Below, one piece after another: positions 9,805-18,480 of a stretch of 61,481 bases of DNA. A model generated the notes under the pieces. That model was not told the DNA's origin. It made no database searches and saw only the letters and a list, made by a program, of their open reading frames with translations. Each line of letters opens with the position of its first letter. The stretch's first letter is position 1. This DNA is from a virus (taxonomy: Duplodnaviria > Caudoviricetes), in IMG/VR virus record IMGVR_UViG_3300040781_000188, positions 1-61,481 of that record. The stretch is one strand, 5' to 3'. Made by a program: the position numbers and the translations under genes.

Positions 9805-10283
9805 TGATATCTGTATGTAACTATATAACTCCTATATTTGAAGATAAGAAACCTGATCTTAAAGAGGGCGAATACGCTGTAAGAAAGCGTAAACCTAAAA
9901 AGGTTCTAGATTTCAATCCACGAACTAATCGTATGAAGAAATTTAAACGTACTCAATGGTTTGTTACTAAAATCGCTCCTAAAGATCGTACTGTAGAGAA
10001 CACACCTAAAGATGCTAAAGGGTTTCCCATATGCACACATCAAACATGGCTTATGATTAAAGGAGAACGCAGAACTCCCAACAGCTCTGTTGATAGTTTT
10101 GGTAAATCAGAAGCTAATGGTAGATGGTATGGATGGTCACATAGGGCCATTGCTTCTTTTGGAATTGGTGATGTAGTTAAACCTACTACTTCTGGATTTG
10201 AAAGATTGAAAGAACCATTTACTATTAATTCTGAAGAAAAAGCTAGAGAAGTTGCAAAGAGATTTGCGGAATCTGTTAGCTAG
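9804..10283 (+). CDS. Tagged hypothetical protein (MISVCNYITPIFE)
   Basis: TAATG coupling; WYGWSHRA...FAESVS conserved-looking C-terminal domain. Confidence 0.7.
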   Translation: MISVCNYITPIFEDKKPDLKEGEYAVRKRKPKKVLDFNPRTNRMKKFKRTQWFVTKIAPKDRTVENTPKDAKGFPICTHQTWLMIKGERRTPNSSVDSFGKSEANGRWYGWSHRAIASFGIGDVVKPTTSGFERLKEPFTINSEEKAREVAKRFAESVS

Positions 10284-10292
10284 GAGACTCTT

Positions 10293-10487
10293 ATGTTATC
10301 AATTTTTCAATTATTCGAAATACAACCTAATATGCAAAAAGTGTCAAAAGCGTATTTGGATAAAATCAAGACATTACCTAAAAGTATTAAAAGAGATAAA
10401 CTTTCAAAAGGTTGGATGTTAGCTTTACAAAGACAAAATAAAAGGCCTTCTAGAAAACTTTTGAATTTAGATAATAGTATGTATTAA
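10293..10487 (+). CDS. Small basic tagged protein (MLSIFQLFE)
   Basis: SD AGGAG; tag motif. Confidence 0.7.
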   Translation: MLSIFQLFEIQPNMQKVSKAYLDKIKTLPKSIKRDKLSKGWMLALQRQNKRPSRKLLNLDNSMY

Positions 10488-10509
10488 TATTAAAAGAACC
10501 GATGAAATC

Positions 10510-10716
10510 ATGGAACGTAATCCTAATGTTTTAGAAATGGATAGACGATCAGGAGTTGATAGACGCCAATTTTATAGTGTTGTATATTTTGCGAAAGGCG
10601 GACTAGAGCGAAGATCTGAAATTCCAAGAAGAAAAATTAAATTTGAACGACGACAAAATATCCGTCGAAAATTGAAGGATCGAAGAATTGTTACAAATAT
10701 CATAAAACAAGAGTAG
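10510..10716 (+). CDS. Arg-rich DRR/ERR-repeat peptide
   Basis: DRRSGVDRR, ERRSEIPRR, ERRQNIRR, DRR in 68 aa. Confidence 0.75.
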   Translation: MERNPNVLEMDRRSGVDRRQFYSVVYFAKGGLERRSEIPRRKIKFERRQNIRRKLKDRRIVTNIIKQE

Positions 10717-10725
10717 TGAGTAATT

Positions 10726-11034
10726 ATGATAGATACAAGAAAATATGGAAGAGAACTTAGAAACATACCTATTCGTATAGGTGACATTGAATGTGAAACA
10801 TTTAATCTTAGTCTTGGTGGAGCTAAATGTTATTGTGACAATCCTGTTCTTACTTTAAGAGAATTACCTATATGTTTAACATTACCTGATGGGATTCTAA
10901 ATTTTAAAGGTGTTGTTTTACGCTGTGAAGAAACTATTAAAGATCGATTTGAATTAGGGATATTTTTTAAAAATATATCAATGACGGATGACGATAGAAA
11001 TAAATTAGGTTCTTATTTGGGTTATATTTTTTAA
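10726..11034 (+). CDS. PilZ domain protein 5
   Basis: RKYGR plus NLSLGG, GVVLRC, LGIFF. Confidence 0.85.
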   Translation: MIDTRKYGRELRNIPIRIGDIECETFNLSLGGAKCYCDNPVLTLRELPICLTLPDGILNFKGVVLRCEETIKDRFELGIFFKNISMTDDDRNKLGSYLGYIF

Positions 11035-11053
11035 TTAATAAGGAGCATTTATT

Positions 11054-11272
11054 ATGATTGCAATGTATGAAATGTGGCCATTTAGCAAAAAACAAGATGT
11101 TCCACATCCTGATGAAGGAAAAGAAGCATTAGCTAATAAGGCTGGTGGAACAGATGTGAGCGCATTTAATATGGCAAATCGGCTTAGAAAATTACGTGCT
11201 GCAAAAGAAGATATGTTATCTCAAGCTGGTAATATTGGAAGGAAAGCGGTTACGGTAGCTCAAGGAGATTAA
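11054..11272 (+). CDS. Small tagged protein (MIAMYE)
   Basis: SD AAGGAG. Confidence 0.7.
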   Translation: MIAMYEMWPFSKKQDVPHPDEGKEALANKAGGTDVSAFNMANRLRKLRAAKEDMLSQAGNIGRKAVTVAQGD

Positions 11273-11274
11273 GT

Positions 11275-11520
11275 ATGCTATCTATACTTGAAATGACGGT
11301 AAACTTACATCCAGATGTTAAGAAGTATGCAAAAAATACAACACAACTAAATAAAGGTATATCTAAAGATTTAGCAGATATGGTTGGTGGTGGATCTAAA
11401 GTAGCTCATGATTATTACAAAGGGTTACAGAGGAACCTAAGAAGAAAAGTAGCAAAAATGCAAATTGATAAATTTAAAATGTCAAGAAAAAATCTAGGCG
11501 GACCACAATTAGCTGTTTAG
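11275..11520 (+). CDS. Small basic tagged protein (MLSILE)
   Basis: SD AAGGAG; tag motif. Confidence 0.7.
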   Translation: MLSILEMTVNLHPDVKKYAKNTTQLNKGISKDLADMVGGGSKVAHDYYKGLQRNLRRKVAKMQIDKFKMSRKNLGGPQLAV

Positions 11521-11529
11521 GAATTAAGT

Positions 11530-12954
11530 ATGCAAATACATAACTATTACTCAGATCTGTGTTTATCTGTTCGTACATTATTTGATAATTATATTTTTAA
11601 ACCAACTACTATTCGGTCCTATGATTTTAACATTGCGAACAGGACATTCTCTATTGATAAAGAGTTTAAAACACAGTATGAGTTGCCTGCGTGCATTGTG
11701 ACTTTAAATGATGATCATTATATCTTTGGAGAACGTCCCAATGTTATTCAGCACTTTGGACCGGAAAATCAAATGCAGCATAAGGCTCTTATAAATTTTG
11801 AAACTAATGCTGCCATCACGGTTCAAGAAGAACATGTACAAACTAATATTTCTGTTATGATAAATTGTGAAACACAATTACAAGCTAAAGAACTCGAATT
11901 CACAATCAAACGATATTTGCCTTTGAGTAAATATATTCAAATTCTAGAGTTTACTTCCTTTCTAGAAGTCTCATATGAACATCTGAGAACCCTTGACTAT
12001 GAAAATTATGGCCATAAAATAGCTAACTTATTTACGAAATTAAACGAAAATAAGGGCCAAGTAGAGTATTGTTACTCAATGAGATATCGTCCACATATTC
12101 GTCTAGAAAGTATTTCTTCGAATATAGCCGATTCAAGTCAAAGGGCTTTTTCAGTAAATGCAGAAATTAGTTATTTGACTCAAATGCCGATGTTTACATG
12201 TATTGATAATATACCACAATCTATCGAGGCTATTAATGTTATATACAGTCGGCTTGGTAATGACCCAATATCAGATTATCCTGTACAGAAAGTATTAAAT
12301 ATATTTAAAGAGATTAATTTAGAAGAAAAATTAGGGTCACCTATTCCTAAACCAGTCACAGAAAATGGTAAATGGATCATTGATCCTGATACACAAGTTC
12401 TAAGTTGGGTCGATAGATATACCGGTAATATTTTTGAAGTTGCCTCAAAACCAAATGATGGATATTGGGGGTTGGATGGAAATCAGGTGATTTGGATTAG
12501 AGACTCCGATGGGGAAAAATTCTATTTAGATTCTGAGAAAGAAAGTATTCGAAGGGGATCAATATATGGTCCTGTTTTCCTCAAAATTGGCGATGTTAAT
12601 AAACTCTTTTCAAAGCCGAAGACGTTCATTCGACGTACATATTTAATTTATGATGAAACAGATGTTGGTGCAATGTATACGGATAAGAAGGTTACGTTTT
12701 GTGTAAAATTCGATAAGAATGATTTTGTTATTCATAAACAATATAGATATAATTTTGTTGATAGATATGGTGAAATAATTAGAGATTATCCGTATTTATC
12801 TTGTGATCAAGAAGAAAACAAAGTGTGTTTTTCTGTTGAGGTAAGTGATTGGAAATTTAGGTGGAAACCATCTCTAACCTCTCCGTTAATGATACAATTT
12901 ATAGAACCTTCTCCGACAGGTCTAAAATGTTCAGACTTAGTCACAGGAGGATAA
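11530..12954 (+). CDS. Hypothetical protein, probably structural (neck/tail)
   Basis: 474-aa ORF in structural context; function not recognised. Confidence 0.6.
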   Translation: MQIHNYYSDLCLSVRTLFDNYIFKPTTIRSYDFNIANRTFSIDKEFKTQYELPACIVTLNDDHYIFGERPNVIQHFGPENQMQHKALINFETNAAITVQEEHVQTNISVMINCETQLQAKELEFTIKRYLPLSKYIQILEFTSFLEVSYEHLRTLDYENYGHKIANLFTKLNENKGQVEYCYSMRYRPHIRLESISSNIADSSQRAFSVNAEISYLTQMPMFTCIDNIPQSIEAINVIYSRLGNDPISDYPVQKVLNIFKEINLEEKLGSPIPKPVTENGKWIIDPDTQVLSWVDRYTGNIFEVASKPNDGYWGLDGNQVIWIRDSDGEKFYLDSEKESIRRGSIYGPVFLKIGDVNKLFSKPKTFIRRTYLIYDETDVGAMYTDKKVTFCVKFDKNDFVIHKQYRYNFVDRYGEIIRDYPYLSCDQEENKVCFSVEVSDWKFRWKPSLTSPLMIQFIEPSPTGLKCSDLVTGG

Positions 12955-12964
12955 AGGATTACCT

Positions 12965-13189
12965 ATGTTACCAGTATCACATTTATTAACGGAAGAAATA
13001 CCAGCTAGCGCAATTCGTAATGCTTTTAAACAGGCTGCAGTATGGGGTCTAGGTGGAGCAGTTGCTGCCAAAGTAGGTCAGGAAAAAAAGAAGTCTTTAA
13101 CTAAAGAAGAGAAAAAAGCAAGGTGGAAAGATTTGTTAACACAAACTGGTATTGGAGCAGCAGCCGGCGCAGCTGGATCATTGATTTGA
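12965..13189 (+). CDS. Small tagged glycine-zipper protein (MLPVSHLLTEE)
   Basis: GLGGAVAA and GIGAAAGAAG segments. Confidence 0.7.
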   Translation: MLPVSHLLTEEIPASAIRNAFKQAAVWGLGGAVAAKVGQEKKKSLTKEEKKARWKDLLTQTGIGAAAGAAGSLI

Positions 13190-13230
13190 AATATTATTAA
13201 ACTGTTAACGAAAATCATAAGGAGTAGAAG

Positions 13231-13401
13231 ATGAATGCTTTTGAATTATCGGGTATTTCTGCTGGACTTGGTGCTTTAGGTATGGTTAAAAAATTGCGGA
13301 GAGTTGATGAAGGTAAAGAAATCGCTGCATTAAAGAACACGAAAAAAGAACAAAAGGGCGAAACTCCGAAACCTAAATCGGAAGTTGTTAAGAGTTGTTA
13401 A
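13231..13401 (+). CDS. 56-aa protein MNAFELSGISAGLGALGMVKKLRR (missing from ORF track)
   Basis: SD AAGGAG, ATG 13231, TAA 13399-13401; paralog of the next gene. Confidence 0.8.
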   Translation: MNAFELSGISAGLGALGMVKKLRRVDEGKEIAALKNTKKEQKGETPKPKSEVVKSC

Positions 13402-13432
13402 TTTTTTTCCTTTAATTTATGAGGAGAGTGTT

Positions 13433-13630
13433 ATGCAGTTAACTGAAATGGAATACGTAGGGATATCTGCTGGCCTTGGAGCAATGGCGACGACAAAAAG
13501 AATTCGTCGATTGCAAGAAGGAGAAGTTAGAGTTCCGAAAAATCTTATTGATAAAGATCAAGAGATTAAAGTTGGCGAGGTTAACAAGTATTTTGACTCT
13601 ATGAAAACAGAAGTAGCAGACGAGGGCTAA
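13433..13630 (+). CDS. Small protein with GISAGLGA..KRIRR motif
   Basis: SD GAGGAG before ATG 13433. Confidence 0.75.
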   Translation: MQLTEMEYVGISAGLGAMATTKRIRRLQEGEVRVPKNLIDKDQEIKVGEVNKYFDSMKTEVADEG

Positions 13631-13631
13631 T

Positions 13632-14348
13632 ATGTCGAAAGCTTACAGAGATCTTATTATTAGAGAATCGATCGATGATAGCTTCTTTTATCTCGGGGAA
13701 CCAATGACAGAAATTATTAAAATTCCAGATGTCGATAATCAGGGTGAAGAATTCATTATTGAAATTGCAGAAGATGTTGGTGATGTAGTTCTTCCTTTTA
13801 TCGAATCTAATTTGGAAAAATTTGGCCTAGAATATAACGATGTTATTGGTGAAGATGATTTGTTTGATATTATTTCTGATGTGGTTCTTTCTGAACTTAA
13901 AGCTCCAAGCAAAAAAGCTATTAATAGATATGGTACCCGTGGAGCTACTAAACTCATGAAAGCATCTGCTAAAGCAGGAACTTTAGCTAGATCTGCGCGT
14001 ACTATGGGTACTTTATCTGGTAAGATGAGTTCTTTTGGTGATAGACGAATTGCAGCTGCAAAAGAGCTTTCTAGTAGTGGTAAAGATTGGGCAGGTGCTG
14101 GTGGTGCGGTTGGATATGGTAAAGCTGCTTGGAGAGGAACAAAAGCCGCTGCTCATGCTGGTGCTGGACTAGCTGCTAAGATTGGTGCAGGAATGGCCAC
14201 AGCAAGACAAGGATATTTGCGGGGCGCAGCTAGAAGAACAATGGCTTCAGGATTTGGGGCTGCTACACAACAGAAACGATATCAAGATTTAAGAGATAAA
14301 GAAGCTGCACAAAGAGCAGAACGACTCCGACAAGCCGGTATGGGTTAA
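13632..14348 (+). CDS. Protein with acidic N-terminus and Ala/Gly/Lys-rich C-terminus, putative internal head protein
   Basis: Charge switch at VLSE-LKA. Confidence 0.7.
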   Translation: MSKAYRDLIIRESIDDSFFYLGEPMTEIIKIPDVDNQGEEFIIEIAEDVGDVVLPFIESNLEKFGLEYNDVIGEDDLFDIISDVVLSELKAPSKKAINRYGTRGATKLMKASAKAGTLARSARTMGTLSGKMSSFGDRRIAAAKELSSSGKDWAGAGGAVGYGKAAWRGTKAAAHAGAGLAAKIGAGMATARQGYLRGAARRTMASGFGAATQQKRYQDLRDKEAAQRAERLRQAGMG

Positions 14349-14358
14349 GGAGATACTC

Positions 14359-14994
14359 GTGTTAACTTTTATTCTTAATGAATCATTTCGTGATTATGTA
14401 TTTTATGAAAATGAAGAAAATATACTACTATTAAATGAATATTTAGAATTATTAGAAAATAATCAAGTTACTCCAGATTTAGAACATAAAATATTCGAAA
14501 TCTTAGATCAACACATCTATTATAATTTCGAATTTTATGAAGCAGGTAATACGACTCTTGGTGCTAAATTTCGTAAAGCATTTAAAGAAGAAACAGCTAA
14601 AGCAGATTATAATAAATGGTCAAATAATGATCCTAGACAGCCTGGAATATCTGGTTGGGTTAAGGATAAATTAGGTATTGAAAGTTTTAGACAAGAAGGT
14701 AAAAATATTATTAATAAAGCTAAAACTTCATCAACAAATGCGGTTGCTGATACATCTTATGCTAAGAAGATAAAATCTGCCGCAGAAGCCGGTCTTGCTA
14801 ATATTAAAAAAAGAAGAAAAGATGGGAAAACTGTCCAAGCAGTAGCATCTGCAAGATTAGCTGTTTCTGATCCATCATCTAAGGAAGCAAAAACTTTAAG
14901 GAAACAAAGAGTCAAAGGTTATAATTTGTCTAAATCTGGCAAAATTAGAGAGAAGATATACAAGACGACAAGAAATGTATTAACTAAGAAGTAA
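14359..14994 (+). CDS. Acidic-N/basic-C protein, putative internal head protein
   Basis: SD AAGGAG with GTG start; switch at FYE-AG. Confidence 0.7.
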   Translation: MLTFILNESFRDYVFYENEENILLLNEYLELLENNQVTPDLEHKIFEILDQHIYYNFEFYEAGNTTLGAKFRKAFKEETAKADYNKWSNNDPRQPGISGWVKDKLGIESFRQEGKNIINKAKTSSTNAVADTSYAKKIKSAAEAGLANIKKRRKDGKTVQAVASARLAVSDPSSKEAKTLRKQRVKGYNLSKSGKIREKIYKTTRNVLTKK

Positions 14995-15021
14995 ACTATT
15001 AATCTTTTGGAGGATTTAAAA

Positions 15022-15573
15022 ATGTTTAAGGATGAGACTGAATTGATGGAGTTTATTTGTGAAGGTGATGATGTTATTGTTAATATGGTCGTTACTGAAG
15101 CTATAAAGGATGCTTTCCTTTATGAAGACGAGAATTTCGTTAAGGCTATGGATATGTATGTTGAGCAGTTGGAGACTGACAAGATTGATGAAAAATTAGA
15201 AGAACACCTTTCGACAGTCATATCTGCGTATGTTGATAATAACGCTGATATTTTTGAAAGTCTTTTCGAAGCTAAAATGGGACCGACGCCTACTGGGCCA
15301 CGACCTATTCCGAAACCCAAGATGACTTGGACGGGTGTAAAGCAAAGAGTGAAAATGAAGAAAGCTCAATTTACTCGTGATGCCAAACGTGGTAAGAACA
15401 AGCTCCTTGCTACATTAAGAGCTCGTAAGGCTAAAGTTGGAGATATGGTTAAGTCGGCATATGGTAAAGTTGCAAGTAGCATCAAATCTACTCCTGATGC
15501 GATTAAGGCTGGTCTTGCTTGGGCTAAAGGCATGATTCCTAAGCGTAAAGCTGCTGCTGCAGCCGCTGCGTAA
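15022..15573 (+). CDS. Acidic-N/basic-C protein, putative internal head protein
   Basis: SD GGAGG before ATG 15022; switch at LFE-AK; poly-Ala end. Confidence 0.7.
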   Translation: MFKDETELMEFICEGDDVIVNMVVTEAIKDAFLYEDENFVKAMDMYVEQLETDKIDEKLEEHLSTVISAYVDNNADIFESLFEAKMGPTPTGPRPIPKPKMTWTGVKQRVKMKKAQFTRDAKRGKNKLLATLRARKAKVGDMVKSAYGKVASSIKSTPDAIKAGLAWAKGMIPKRKAAAAAAA

Positions 15574-15613
15574 TCTTATTTTTATAATAAACGATTAAAA
15601 TTTAAATCGGAGG

Positions 15614-16224
15614 ATGAATATGAGTTCTTTTGACGTAAATAAGATTATCAACGAATCGCTGAAGTCGACACTTGATAGTGAACCGCCTGAAGTTATCGTT
15701 GAAAATGAAGAAGTTAACGATGATAAGGGAACAACTGTCAAAGAAGGTTTTATTGTCACTGAAGCTGAATATAAAGAAGCTAAAGGTGGTATCGCTGCAT
15801 TCTTGGAAGGAGTATCAGACGAAAAAAAATAGTAGCCCACTTAGTTGAAGGCGCCCCAATTGAGTGGGCCAAATTAGAGGAAGGCTGGTGGGACACTACT
15901 AAACGCTACTGGGGTGATAAAGTTGCTCGAGGAGCAGGCGGTGTATCAAAAATGGATAATCTTGCTGGACGACAAGCATCTTATGGAGCAGGAATGAAGG
16001 CTGGAAGAAAAGCTGCTTTTGATAATGAGACAACTGGTTCATTACAACGTCGTGCTTTTGGCCGTACTGTTGATGCTGCTGGTGAGAAAGTAGGTGCTGC
16101 TGCTAAAGCCTTTCGCAGAGGTATAGAGGATAATCCGGGTGGTATGGGCGTTGCTGCTTTAGGTGCCGGATTAGCCACTGCTGGTTTAACTAAATTATTA
16201 GGTAGAAAACGTCAAGCTGTTTAA
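15614..16224 (+). CDS. Gene with predicted -1 programmed frameshift (72-aa short form ending 15832; ~203-aa fusion ending 16224)
   Basis: A AAA AAA slippery site then TAGTAG; the -1 frame is open from 15829 into the 15952..16224 ORF. Confidence 0.75.
15823..15869 (+). promoter_or_regulatory. -1 ribosomal frameshift signal (slippery heptamer plus stem-loop)
   Basis: AAAAAAA 15823-15829, 5-nt spacer, 13-bp stem GCCCACTTAGTTG / CAATTGAGTGGGC with two G-U pairs. Confidence 0.75.
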
Positions 16225-16256
16225 TTTAACTTTATTTTATTTTTGGAGGATTTACA

Positions 16257-16568
16257 ATGGGTCAGAAAAGTTATGTCGAAGCTTTAATGGAGAACGAGGA
16301 AACTAAACTTTTTGTCGAGAACAACCAAGAACTTATTAATGAAGCTGTTGCGGCAACATATGATTATGGTAAGACTCTGAAGAACTTTGTTCTGGAAAAC
16401 ATTGAAGAATTTATTGGACAGAACTTAGAAGAAACTTACAAAAACATCCGTTTGTTTTCTGAAGTTGCTACGATGACTTTTGTTAACGAAGCCATTCATG
16501 CTCAGGCTGCTTTGGCCGTTGATAAAGAACAACTCGAAGAGTCAGGCGGAATTAACGAATACCTGTAA
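16257..16568 (+). CDS. Acidic hypothetical protein (scaffold/core-like)
   Basis: SD GGAGG; Glu-rich. Confidence 0.7.
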   Translation: MGQKSYVEALMENEETKLFVENNQELINEAVAATYDYGKTLKNFVLENIEEFIGQNLEETYKNIRLFSEVATMTFVNEAIHAQAALAVDKEQLEESGGINEYL

Positions 16569-16604
16569 TCCAATGGATGTCATATGTCCATGGAGGTATA
16601 CGTT

Positions 16605-16787
16605 ATGATTAGAAAAGAATTGCTTGAAGAAGCCATTCGTGCTGGATTTCGCCGGGCTATAAAGAACAGGCGTAATAAGTGGAAGCGTGACAAAATACTA
16701 AAGAAACTTGGTAGGAAAAAAAGGCGAACGCGTACCTTCCCAGGCTTTTCAAATATAGCAGCTGATGCTCTCGATGGTATGATGTAA
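16605..16787 (+). CDS. Small Arg/Lys-rich protein (MIRKELLEE)
   Basis: SD GGAGGT before ATG 16605. Confidence 0.7.
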   Translation: MIRKELLEEAIRAGFRRAIKNRRNKWKRDKILKKLGRKKRRTRTFPGFSNIAADALDGMM

Positions 16788-16802
16788 TAGAGAGGGATTA
16801 TT

Positions 16803-17015
16803 ATGCTTTCTTTGTTTGAATATTCAGTCTTGCGAGGGAACCCCAAGCCATTAATAGGATCTCTCGCAAGGCGACCAGAGTATATGATGAAGCCAACGAA
16901 GTCTAATATACAGAGAGATAGTGACGAAAAAGTAAAAATTATGTCTTCAATAAATAGATCCAAATTACCAAAGGCGAAGAAATTTTCGACTTGGGGATCT
17001 CGTAAGATGAAATAG
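16803..17015 (+). CDS. Small basic tagged protein (MLSLFE)
   Basis: SD GAGGG; tag motif. Confidence 0.7.
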   Translation: MLSLFEYSVLRGNPKPLIGSLARRPEYMMKPTKSNIQRDSDEKVKIMSSINRSKLPKAKKFSTWGSRKMK

Positions 17016-17023
17016 ATACTGAT

Positions 17024-17074
17024 AAAAAAATGTGACTGGCCGAACATCGGAGGTTATCCTAGTTCGGCCAGTCA
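17024..17074 (-). terminator. Intrinsic terminator between convergent units
   Basis: 13-bp stem TGACTGGCCGAAC / GTTCGGCCAGTCA with A7 tract on the left (U-tract on minus strand). Confidence 0.8.
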
Positions 17075-17109
17075 TTACTACTTTGATTTGTTTCTTATAT
17101 ACCCATAGA

Positions 17110-18480
17110 CTATTCGACGTTGATTACTGTTACATTTTCTTGACTTACATTAATTTGATGTCCGCCGAATATTACGAACACAATCGGTATACTCTTACAC
17201 CACTCGTATTTTTTAATCGAACTTTCGATATCAGAGTACCCATCAGTTAAACATATAACGAGTGATATTTCTGCATTGTATTCGTCTGTTTCCCATGCTT
17301 CTTTTTGTATTCTATCAAACACAGGATTATGAGATGTTCCACCTCGCCCTTCATATCCTTCTACTTTAAGGAATGACATGAATTTATGGGCTTCTGTTTT
17401 ATCAAATTCTTTTTTCTGCTTTACATCTACATCATGAACATATAACCAAACATATTTAAAATATTGGAACGATTGATGTACGACAGATGAACATTTTTTA
17501 AGTTCTTCATCTGACATAGATCCAGAGGAGTCGGTTGCATATATAATTAGTCCTACTCCTTCCCGTTCTTCCATCATCGTTTGTCCTGGTAAAAGAATTC
17601 CAAGTGGACGATATATTTTGTTTGGCATTTTCCATGTTCTATCATCAGGTCTCATTTGGACATTTGTTTTTAATGATTTTTCAAGCAGTTTTTCCCAAGG
17701 GATTTCGACCGCTAACATACTATCCAAAAGAGATGTTAAACTTCCTGGTGATGTTCCACGAGATTTCATGATTTCGTGAAGAGCTCTAGCTTCAGCTAAA
17801 ACTTTTTCATTAGTTTGTAAAACTTGAGCGCTATTACCCTTCACTTTTTTAGGATCAGTTCCACCAACCTGCACGTTAATGGTAAACGTATTCCCATTTT
17901 CATCAGTCACTTCAACCATTGAATCTCCGGCTACTAAATGTACTTGAATATTGCCGGCATTAATTTGTTTCACAATCCAATCGTATGCTTGTTCAACACT
18001 ACATGTAGGTTGTTCTTTATGTAGTTTTTCAAAATAATGATATCGATCATCATAAGGGACAACTGAATGTGCAACATCCATAAGATCACGTTCAACAACA
18101 TGGTCACATGCTGCTGCCCATATACCATGGTCCCTTTGTCCTTTACGGAGGCCGTGGCGCCCTAGGATATGTAATAATTCGTGACAGATAATATACGCAA
18201 GATGTATATGCGTATAATCTTTTCTTTTTACGAGGTCATAATTGATGTGAATTGTGCCGTCCTCAATATCTTTAGTGTCTTTATCGAACAGTACATAACC
18301 TTCTGCATTCATGCCAGGCATTGAATGGATGCTCCATGCGTATGAATATGCACAAGCACCAAAGAAGTTTAGCCCGTCTGCTTTTTTAGATAATTTAATT
18401 TGGGCTTTGTTTATTTTCGTGTTAACTACAGCATCACTACATTCCTCATATTCTTCTTGTGCTGCTGACTCATTATACAT
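17110..18480 (-). CDS. DUF2201-like HExxH metallopeptidase plus vWA domain protein
   Basis: HELLH...RH, AACD, MIDAS DSSGS, GRGGT, LTDGY. Confidence 0.85.
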   Translation of the reverse strand: MYNESAAQEEYEECSDAVVNTKINKAQIKLSKKADGLNFFGACAYSYAWSIHSMPGMNAEGYVLFDKDTKDIEDGTIHINYDLVKRKDYTHIHLAYIICHELLHILGRHGLRKGQRDHGIWAAACDHVVERDLMDVAHSVVPYDDRYHYFEKLHKEQPTCSVEQAYDWIVKQINAGNIQVHLVAGDSMVEVTDENGNTFTINVQVGGTDPKKVKGNSAQVLQTNEKVLAEARALHEIMKSRGTSPGSLTSLLDSMLAVEIPWEKLLEKSLKTNVQMRPDDRTWKMPNKIYRPLGILLPGQTMMEEREGVGLIIYATDSSGSMSDEELKKCSSVVHQSFQYFKYVWLYVHDVDVKQKKEFDKTEAHKFMSFLKVEGYEGRGGTSHNPVFDRIQKEAWETDEYNAEISLVICLTDGYSDIESSIKKYEWCKSIPIVFVIFGGHQINVSQENVTVINVE

